The notes beneath the pieces are model-generated. The model did no database searches. It was not told where the DNA came from and saw only the letters and a list, made by a program, of their open reading frames with translations. The position numbers were made by a program, and so were the translations under genes. A stretch of 64,000 nt of DNA from the IMG/VR virus record IMGVR_UViG_3300044956_000431, positions 1 through 64,000 of that record; one strand, written 5' to 3'. The stretch is from a virus. Shown one piece after another: positions 57,223 to 64,000 of the stretch (position 1 is the stretch's first letter; each line of letters begins with the position of its first letter).

Positions 57223-58174
57223 TGAGTTTCCTTGCTAGATTTTTTTTGGACATTTCTATACGTATGCGATTACTATTTCTAGCTTCAAAAATACTCAGCA
57301 GTGTGGCTGCACGTCCATATTTTCTCACAGCATCATTGACGTCTTTGATATCTAAGCCCCAGTTGGGTATACTTACTGCCCAGCCCAGTTCCAGGGCACG
57401 ATCTATCAACCGAATGCCTGCTTCATCTTGATCAGGCACAACTGTTATTTTTTTGCCCAGGCTACAGATCAGACGTACTTGGGCATCGTTGATTTCTGCG
57501 TGTAACACTGCTAGACCGCTGACGCTGAGTGCATCAAACACTCCTTCCATGATCAGAACATGTTGCCATGAATCTTTCTGCAAGTCTGTGCCAAATACAT
57601 AGCCATGCTGGATATCTTGTATGTACTTGGGTGTGCGATCATCTAAAAATCTTGTGGTGTGTCCTACCACTTGGCCATCGTGTGTGAATGGAATCACTAT
57701 GCCCGGGCGTGGCATGGTCTTATACAAGAAAGGATAGTCCAACGGTACTGAACGGTTGTTGAGATATGATTGCGCGACATCTGTAAGTGGTTGAGTATCC
57801 GTGGGCAACAGTCGATCTTCAAACTCAATGTTTTGTAGTTTTTGAACTATCTGTTGACGCTCGGCTACCAGGCCTTCTATGTTACGATGTCGAAGGCTTT
57901 CTAAGTTGATGCGTTCAATCTCATTACGATCTATATTGAGCCACCCCAACAGCTTGCGAGCTTTGAAACTGAGATTCCTACCTAGCACAAAGCTGGCAGT
58001 GAATCCGCAGTTGAAGCAATGATAACTCCATCCTTGAGCAGTGACCTTAATACCACCTCGCTGACGTCGGTCAGCTGACTCTCCATTGTGTACACAGCAA
58101 GGTGCATTGAAGCTTGTCCAGCCTGAACTGGTGTTTTTGCGCTTTATGGGTAGGTAGGAAAGGACATCGATCAC
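57215..58174 (-). CDS. DNA primase (T4 gp61-like)
   Basis: Zn-binding CC.H...HCFNCG, TOPRIM MEGVFDA, PDQDEAG, KDVND. Confidence 0.9.
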   Translation of the reverse strand: MIDVLSYLPIKRKNTSSGWTSFNAPCCVHNGESADRRQRGGIKVTAQGWSYHCFNCGFTASFVLGRNLSFKARKLLGWLNIDRNEIERINLESLRHRNIEGLVAERQQIVQKLQNIEFEDRLLPTDTQPLTDVAQSYLNNRSVPLDYPFLYKTMPRPGIVIPFTHDGQVVGHTTRFLDDRTPKYIQDIQHGYVFGTDLQKDSWQHVLIMEGVFDALSVSGLAVLHAEINDAQVRLICSLGKKITVVPDQDEAGIRLIDRALELGWAVSIPNWGLDIKDVNDAVRKYGRAATLLSIFEARNSNRIRIEMSKKNLARKLNV

Positions 58175-58911
58175 TCTAATATTTTAGCATGTTTTATGTG
58201 TTCAATCAAGTGATCTGCTATGATCTGATGGCCTTTTTCATTGGGATGACCGCCAGATGCAAAAGGCTCTATGCCCAGTTCTTGTTTTTTTTGGTACAGG
58301 ATTTCTCGCCAGCTTAGACCTGGATAGATAAGGCTGGGTGCCGTAACTCCATAACGGTTAGGCAACACTGAAAACTGTATGACCGGAATCTTGTAACGAC
58401 TAGTGGCCTGATCAAACAAGTTGATTGATGTCTGAAAGTTGTACTCGGCCCAATCTGCGTGAAAACTCATACCTAACCAAAGTTTCTGTAGACGGAACCA
58501 GTTTTCGTCAATGTCAGGATTGGGCTGAGTGAGCCATGTGCCATGCATGTGTCGATTCCATTGTGGATCCTTGCGACTTATTTCGTGCAAAGGATTGAAC
58601 CAACTCTGGCGAGTGGCGTCTGTGTGTCCTACCAAAAACAATACATCATCAATGCTTTGTCCGTTGCGCAAATACCACATAAAGTTCCAGCGCATGCTTT
58701 CCAAGCTAGAACCAGGAAAGGCCATGTTGTCCAGTTCGAGACCAAACTTATCGGCTACTAGACCTGCGTAACCGTGTTTCAATCTGTAACTACGATTTTC
58801 ATCGTAGTGATCTCTAAACTCAGACGCCGATAACCCTCTAAACTCAGGCGTCACAAGTTCATCGCCATAGGTCCAGCTATCGCCAAATACTACCAGTTTG
58901 CGTATCTTCAT
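58171..58911 (-). CDS. SGNH-hydrolase-like protein
   Basis: FGDSWTYG, PGSS, GGHPNEKGH. Confidence 0.65.
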   Translation of the reverse strand: MKIRKLVVFGDSWTYGDELVTPEFRGLSASEFRDHYDENRSYRLKHGYAGLVADKFGLELDNMAFPGSSLESMRWNFMWYLRNGQSIDDVLFLVGHTDATRQSWFNPLHEISRKDPQWNRHMHGTWLTQPNPDIDENWFRLQKLWLGMSFHADWAEYNFQTSINLFDQATSRYKIPVIQFSVLPNRYGVTAPSLIYPGLSWREILYQKKQELGIEPFASGGHPNEKGHQIIADHLIEHIKHAKILE

Positions 58912-59903
58912 CTAAATGCTATTGACGTGATAAATCCGTTGTTGATGGCGGCGTTGGGATTGTTGACATAGCCTTCACCACCAGTGATCACAAAGGCGCC
59001 AGTAACATTGCCGCCTGATGCTTCTGCATAGGCAGTGGCTCCTGTGCCCTCGCCGTGGATTTCAATATTGGGCAAAGGTGTAGATATCCACTGACTGCCT
59101 TGATTGTTCATGGTAATGTTGGTGACTTGACCACCACTGACTATGACATTGCCCACTTTGGCTTTGTAGCCATACTGATTTATTTCAAACCGTATATAGT
59201 TGTGATAGCCTTCAATGTTCCAATGATCGCGAACTTCTTGGTTGATATATTGGCGTTGGCTACCAATGTCATACCAAGGGCCCAACTGTGTGTTGGAACC
59301 CTGTGGCTTCACATTGCCCGAAAAGTTATCAAAAGTCATTTGAAACGTAACCAGGGGGCGGCCCTGTACATACACAGCAGATGTGTGATTTCGATTGGGA
59401 TTGCTTTGGCTGATCTCTGGATTGGCAGGTATGGTCATGATTTCGCTGGGCACGAAATCAGGGTACACTGAATCTACCACATCAGCTTTGCCACGACCAC
59501 CGGAATAGGCATCTGTAAACACAGGTTCGTACAGTGTGCTGGTCACTGTGTTGCGTTCAAGACTCCAGCCCACGGGCTGTGCATCTATAGAATCCAGTTC
59601 AGTTGACAGCAAGGTCACTTTGGCTCTTCCAAAGGTGGCATTTAGGATTTCCAAGTCTTTGCTCAACAGTAATATGTCTCCATTGGTGCTGATCAGTCTA
59701 AATGTGATAGTTGATTCTGTGATATTCACAGGCTTTTCGTCTTGATTGACGAACTGAAACAATATGACGTTGTCTACGCCACGATGTATTTTTAGATTTT
59801 TTGTGTACACAGGTTGCCACCTCCGGTCAAAGTAAGCACCACTGGTATCAATCAATAATACCTGTTGTTTTTGCTGATATAAATAGGCAGTGGTAGAATA
59901 CAC
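58908..59903 (-). CDS. putative virion/baseplate protein
   Basis: LKIHRGVDN..F.F.NQD N-terminus; Gly-rich beta repeats at the C-terminus. Confidence 0.55.
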   Translation of the reverse strand: MYSTTAYLYQQKQQVLLIDTSGAYFDRRWQPVYTKNLKIHRGVDNVILFQFVNQDEKPVNITESTITFRLISTNGDILLLSKDLEILNATFGRAKVTLLSTELDSIDAQPVGWSLERNTVTSTLYEPVFTDAYSGGRGKADVVDSVYPDFVPSEIMTIPANPEISQSNPNRNHTSAVYVQGRPLVTFQMTFDNFSGNVKPQGSNTQLGPWYDIGSQRQYINQEVRDHWNIEGYHNYIRFEINQYGYKAKVGNVIVSGGQVTNITMNNQGSQWISTPLPNIEIHGEGTGATAYAEASGGNVTGAFVITGGEGYVNNPNAAINNGFITSIAFR

Positions 59904-59926
59904 TTTAATAATTCCTTAAGATATTT

Positions 59927-60304
59927 ATGGGCACAGAGATCTTCGCCAAAATAGCAGAACGCTATCCTTTCATTACATTCTGCACCTATGCAGGCAATGA
60001 GTACATCGGAGTAGTACAAAACCGCGACGATGCAGTGACCACTATCTATGATTTTGGAAATATTCCACACCCAGAGCTAAAAAAAGTGTTCTTAGAACTG
60101 GCCAATGTATGGTGGTGGGAAAGCAATCGTAGCATACCTATCAACATATTTCTCAAGCAAGATTGGGAAGTGTTCCGTCCGTTCCTGCGAACGTTTACCA
60201 ACAAAGATCTTGAAATATTGCACGGGCCTTGTACCAGCCTAACAGACATTGCCCGTAAAAAATCCAAACGTAAATCAATCACCCTGGTCCGCAGAATGGA
60301 CTAG
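59927..60304 (+). CDS. conserved hypothetical phage protein
   Basis: EYIGVVQN, WWWESNRSIPINIFL. Confidence 0.7.
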   Translation: MGTEIFAKIAERYPFITFCTYAGNEYIGVVQNRDDAVTTIYDFGNIPHPELKKVFLELANVWWWESNRSIPINIFLKQDWEVFRPFLRTFTNKDLEILHGPCTSLTDIARKKSKRKSITLVRRMD

Positions 60305-60850
60305 ATTCATGTGCAAGGCTACTAGCTGTGCGTAGCCTACAGCATGGCTTTTCTTGAAAAAATAACTGTCGTCCTGCGGGCGAGTCCAGATATCTTTGGC
60401 TATTGCAGACCACCCGCCCTGTGCTAGATGGCGTTTGGCCGGGCGGATCACTGCCAACAACATGGCCATTCTGGGTATGTTATCAGGCTGTAGTTGATGT
60501 ACTAGATCATAGTGGTTACCAATGTGCGCAATCTTTTCACAGAAATCACGCTCCTGCAAACGACACCACGGCGGTTCTTGTGCCAACATTGAATCATAGT
60601 GTGCTTGATCACGCACAAGCTGATATACTGTCATGTTCAACAGGTCTATCTTAAAATAGCCACGCTGTTTGGCTTCTTGGTAGTCTATGGCCGCACACTG
60701 ATTAACAGGATCTCTAGGTATGTCTGTGATATAAACACCAGAGTTATGCCGGCGCACACAACCGTCTACAATCTGTCGAGCAGACACATGCTGTATCAAC
60801 TTCAGCACTTGCTCTCTATCTGCTAGATCAATGTCTACATCTGCACTCAT
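60275..60850 (-). CDS. miniature DNA polymerase III alpha (C-family) catalytic fragment
   Basis: DVDID, RHNSGV, YFKIDLL, AVIRP, FFKKSHAVGYA in ~190 aa. Confidence 0.75.
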   Translation of the reverse strand: MSADVDIDLADREQVLKLIQHVSARQIVDGCVRRHNSGVYITDIPRDPVNQCAAIDYQEAKQRGYFKIDLLNMTVYQLVRDQAHYDSMLAQEPPWCRLQERDFCEKIAHIGNHYDLVHQLQPDNIPRMAMLLAVIRPAKRHLAQGGWSAIAKDIWTRPQDDSYFFKKSHAVGYAQLVALHMNLVHSADQGD

Positions 60851-61533
60851 TACCAACCTGCCCGGGCCAATATGTCTTTGACGTATTCTTGATCTGCTAG
60901 ATAGTCTCGAAACTTTTTCTGCCAGAACTCAGGATCAATCCAGGGCCAGATTATGGCCAGTTGTTCCCGGTCTAGATCGTCAAGGAACTGCTGACCAGAC
61001 GCACAGTTATACAACACCCAAGCACTGACACGCCCTGTGCTCACAGCATAGACCACTGCATTGGCATTGCCGTACCGTAAGAAATCGCTGGCTGGATGCT
61101 GGTGTGTTTCACTCCAGACAATCGAATGTTCAATGGCCCGTGCAAGTGCATCTGTAACACTTTCCTTGCGCATGTACTCATTGAGGTATTCTGTGTATAC
61201 ACTGTCTCTGCACCAATGATCAATCTTTTTGTTTTTTTCAACTACCCAATCAATAAACCGGGATGTGTTCACTGCATTGATAGCTACACAATACCTTCCA
61301 AACTTTACAAAGGCACGATAGTAAGGACTGGTCACAAAATCATCAAAAGTTTTGAGCTTGGCTGATCCTTGAGTCATTTCGTAAAATCGGAGATATGCCT
61401 GTAGACCCAACCTCACTCCTGGATCATCTTTGCTTTGGTAACGTTGTTTTTGCTCGCAGACATGTACAGAAAGACTGGTCTCTCTTTGAAAGTCTTTTTT
61501 GCAATATTGGCATGTATACTTTACTGCTTGCAC
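60850..61533 (-). CDS. zinc-finger protein
   Basis: CQYCKKDF...HVC. Confidence 0.6.
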   Translation of the reverse strand: MQAVKYTCQYCKKDFQRETSLSVHVCEQKQRYQSKDDPGVRLGLQAYLRFYEMTQGSAKLKTFDDFVTSPYYRAFVKFGRYCVAINAVNTSRFIDWVVEKNKKIDHWCRDSVYTEYLNEYMRKESVTDALARAIEHSIVWSETHQHPASDFLRYGNANAVVYAVSTGRVSAWVLYNCASGQQFLDDLDREQLAIIWPWIDPEFWQKKFRDYLADQEYVKDILARAGW

Positions 61534-61546
61534 GATTTATTGTAGC

Positions 61547-62707
61547 TTACTTGAACCAGTTTTGTACAGAGCCTTGCCGAGAAATATCATTGGTCACGCA
61601 ATGAATACCACAGTCCCAAAAATACTTGTGACGGAATGGCACTACATGAACTTCGATTCCATGTCGAGCACAGGCTTTCTCCACTTGATCGTTGTGGGTT
61701 GACACAACAATATTTTTTGGATCCATTATCAGTATGTTGACATCAAACACTGTTTCCGACACCTGGCCTACCCACTCATCAAAATAATGATCTACCATGT
61801 GTATGAGATTGTTGTCTTGTTCAAATCCAGGTATAAACCAACGACCTTTGTTGCGTTTCATTGAAAACTCAAACTCTCGCATGTGAGCATAGTTTGACGG
61901 TGGCAAATATACCACCTCCCAATCTGGGAATGTGTCAGTATAAGTGGGTATATCATTAAGGCTAATGATAAGTCCTGGAGCAACAGGGCAGTACACAGCA
62001 TCACCATGGCCGCCAGAGTTCACTACTTTGTTCACTGTGCGAGGGAACAGTTGATTAACTTGTTTCAGTATAGCCTGTTTATCATCGTGATATGTTTGTG
62101 TGGCAAAAAACAAGTTCTCACCAATGCGACTAACAAAGCAACCGTTGACAAAGTCTAGGTCGGTATATACAATCTCGTTACCTTGAGCACGTATTTCATC
62201 AAACACGTGATTGTAAAAACTCAACTTGCTGTCCAAATGACGTTGATCTGTTTCGCAAAACTTTGCAAACTTTTCACGAATCTCTTGAGCATGGTTAGGC
62301 CAGGCTTGGTAAAAATCATCTGGGCGTTCATAGTCTGGACAATGTACAGGTTTGTTTTGTCTGTAAAAAACTGACCAAGCATGACTGGCATTGGGTACAC
62401 GTGGTACCCAAAAACGATCTTCAATCATCAAGAAGTAGTCGCGTGGTGCAGTAGGAGGCTGGACCCACTTGCCATCAATATATAACTCATTTAGATCGCT
62501 AGGAAACTCAGGACGATGTATGCGTACACTAAAGTGTTGGGTCAATAGCTTGATCAGTTCTTGATAATCTTCCTCTGTTTCTTCTGCCAGCCGTTCAAAT
62601 CGACTGCGTGTCTCTGCGTCATTGATCCAGCTGTAGAACTCAGGAGGATAGGTAAGTCCCACTAAGCAAACCTTTAACGGATCCCAATGTTGGTATACTG
62701 AGTACAT
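61547..62707 (-). CDS. amidinotransferase family protein (second paralog)
   Basis: HWDPLK, APRD, GHGD, FDVN, DCGIHCVT. Confidence 0.8.
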   Translation of the reverse strand: MYSVYQHWDPLKVCLVGLTYPPEFYSWINDAETRSRFERLAEETEEDYQELIKLLTQHFSVRIHRPEFPSDLNELYIDGKWVQPPTAPRDYFLMIEDRFWVPRVPNASHAWSVFYRQNKPVHCPDYERPDDFYQAWPNHAQEIREKFAKFCETDQRHLDSKLSFYNHVFDEIRAQGNEIVYTDLDFVNGCFVSRIGENLFFATQTYHDDKQAILKQVNQLFPRTVNKVVNSGGHGDAVYCPVAPGLIISLNDIPTYTDTFPDWEVVYLPPSNYAHMREFEFSMKRNKGRWFIPGFEQDNNLIHMVDHYFDEWVGQVSETVFDVNILIMDPKNIVVSTHNDQVEKACARHGIEVHVVPFRHKYFWDCGIHCVTNDISRQGSVQNWFK

Positions 62708-63147
62708 TATTCTTTGTGTCCTTGATTTTTCAATATTTCTTTAAGTTCAGTCTTGGTCATCATGGCTGCCATGGTGTCAATGTCACTCATCTTCATGGCT
62801 GGATATAAGTCTACAAGAGATTTCTTTATTTCATTGTTTGCTGTTTCTTTTTTCTTGGGAGCAATCCATTGATGCCTATGTGTGCCTATGCCAGGACTCA
62901 CACTTGTGGCCATGAGCCACTGTAGCTTTGGATGTCGGTTTACTGCAAAGAAATGTTTGTTGAGTCGTTCGTTTGTGGCAATAACATAGAACTCTTGTAG
63001 TTCTTTCGATCCTTGCACACTGGATCCCCAACGTATCATAAGATAGTTAGAGAACTTCTTGCGTTCTTCCTCGGTGAGACTATCGTAGAACTCTCGATCT
63101 TTACGATCAAAGCACGTCATCTCGTTTTGTATTGAGAGTTTTTCCAT
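62707..63147 (-). CDS. putative clamp loader small subunit (T4 gp62-like)
   Basis: FSNYLMIRW..., HPKLQW, HQWI; located in the replication module. Confidence 0.55.
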   Translation of the reverse strand: MEKLSIQNEMTCFDRKDREFYDSLTEEERKKFSNYLMIRWGSSVQGSKELQEFYVIATNERLNKHFFAVNRHPKLQWLMATSVSPGIGTHRHQWIAPKKKETANNEIKKSLVDLYPAMKMSDIDTMAAMMTKTELKEILKNQGHKE

Positions 63148-63647
63148 TACCAAGCCTTGTTGTAATCTACTATCTCACAGTTACGACTGATGTCTTTGAC
63201 AAAATAAACACAATCGGGTTCTGGATCATTGTTCAGCGGTATGCACAGCATCTGTCCATTTTTTAGCTTAGGTGCAAACCACGCAACATCATGATACACG
63301 TCTACAATCTCAATGTCAAGAAAGCTGGGTCTAAAGCTGGTCAGAGGATTGAACTGAAATGCTTTGAACCCACGGTCATTGATTGATGTCAGTGGTAGCA
63401 TTTCTAAATCGCCAAGGTCGGGCTCTCCAATCAGGATTTGCCAGTCAATGGGCATCTTTAAACGATGCTCGCCAATCTGTAAAACCAACGCAGGTGAGTT
63501 AAAACTCTCTAAAAAGATTAATGGTATGTAGTGGTAGTCTGGGTCAGATGGGTCTGAGTTATCTAAAATAGCAAACCGCATGTCATCTACTTCTTCGGGT
63601 AGCGTATCTAGATCATAGGCTTTGTTGTCTAGTGTCAATATTTTCAT
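63147..63647 (-). CDS. conserved hypothetical protein
   Basis: IPLIFLESF, W..PKLK motifs. Confidence 0.6.
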   Translation of the reverse strand: MKILTLDNKAYDLDTLPEEVDDMRFAILDNSDPSDPDYHYIPLIFLESFNSPALVLQIGEHRLKMPIDWQILIGEPDLGDLEMLPLTSINDRGFKAFQFNPLTSFRPSFLDIEIVDVYHDVAWFAPKLKNGQMLCIPLNNDPEPDCVYFVKDISRNCEIVDYNKAW

Positions 63648-63655
63648 GTTATCCA

Positions 63656-64000
63656 TTATACAATATTATTACGTATTCCGCGACCAAGGATCACTCCGTA
63701 ATCGCCGGATTTTATAATTTGATAACCATTGATTATCAAATACGGTACCACAGCACCGCCCTTGCCTGTATAAACTGCATTGTGCTCATAGGTGTCGTCC
63801 ACACAGATAATACTCTTTGTTGCCATGCTAGGTAACAGGCCCATTATCTGACTGAGATGATTAACTTGGCAGTTGATATTGGTCATATCTATACCCATTT
63901 TGCAATACCAGGCCTGCTGTTGTCTCATATTATCGCTGGGCTTGTGTGATTCCCAATCCCAATCAAAGTTATCCAGATACAACACTTTGATAAGTTGGTG
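63656..64000 (-). CDS. methyltransferase-like protein, C-terminal part (5' end outside the window)
   Basis: LYLDNFD...DDT...GKG motif. Confidence 0.5.
   Translation of the reverse strand, partial: HQLIKVLYLDNFDWDWESHKPSDNMRQQQAWYCKMGIDMTNINCQVNHLSQIMGLLPSMATKSIICVDDTYEHNAVYTGKGGAVVPYLIINGYQIIKSGDYGVILGRGIRNNIV

Noticed and set aside
1-64000. Bacterial chromosome origin (clpP, clpX, iscU, nrdAB, rpsU)
   Set aside because: Host-like genes are scattered among T4-like helicase, primase, PAAR and tail genes with late TAAATA promoters, and lack their normal operon partners (tig/lon, iscS/hscBA).
1-64000. tRNA or rRNA genes
   Set aside because: No cloverleaf or T-loop pattern was spotted in the short intergenic gaps by eye; a tRNAscan-SE run would be needed to exclude them.

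Overview
A 64-kb segment of a large (probably jumbo) T4-like myovirus genome. It is not a bacterial chromosome. Genes are densely packed, mostly on the minus strand, with sigma70-type early promoters and T4-like TAAATA late promoters. Core phage functions include a gp41-like helicase, gp61-like primase, clamp-loader subunit, ATP-dependent DNA ligase, NrdAB with glutaredoxin, a PD-(D/E)XK exonuclease, a PAAR spike and tail/virion proteins. Host-like auxiliary genes are abundant: ClpP x2, ClpX, ClpS, Hsp20, ribosomal protein bS21, RimK, IscU/IscA, UvsE, a phasin and a Bug/TctC binding protein. The phasin, Bug and IscU genes suggest a betaproteobacterial host (inference). A dispersed modification toolkit is also present: 2 radical SAMs, 5 SGNH-like proteins, 2 amidinotransferases, 2 glycosyltransferase-like proteins, a UDP-sugar dehydrogenase, a cupin/2OG oxygenase and a PP-loop ATPase. 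Most notable observations: (1) a covarying 5' leader RNA shared by the unrelated phasin and hsp20 genes, with a PhaR-box-like palindrome at the phasin promoter; (2) two stripped-down C-family (DnaE) polymerases, one only ~190 aa; (3) a Pol-beta nucleotidyltransferase fused to a KxDG ligase-like domain among putative capsid-internal proteins; (4) an unannotated entericidin-like lipoprotein operon; (5) widespread leaderless gene starts; (6) several pseudogenes and deletion scars missed by the ORF track. All product calls come from motif recognition by eye; no searches were run.
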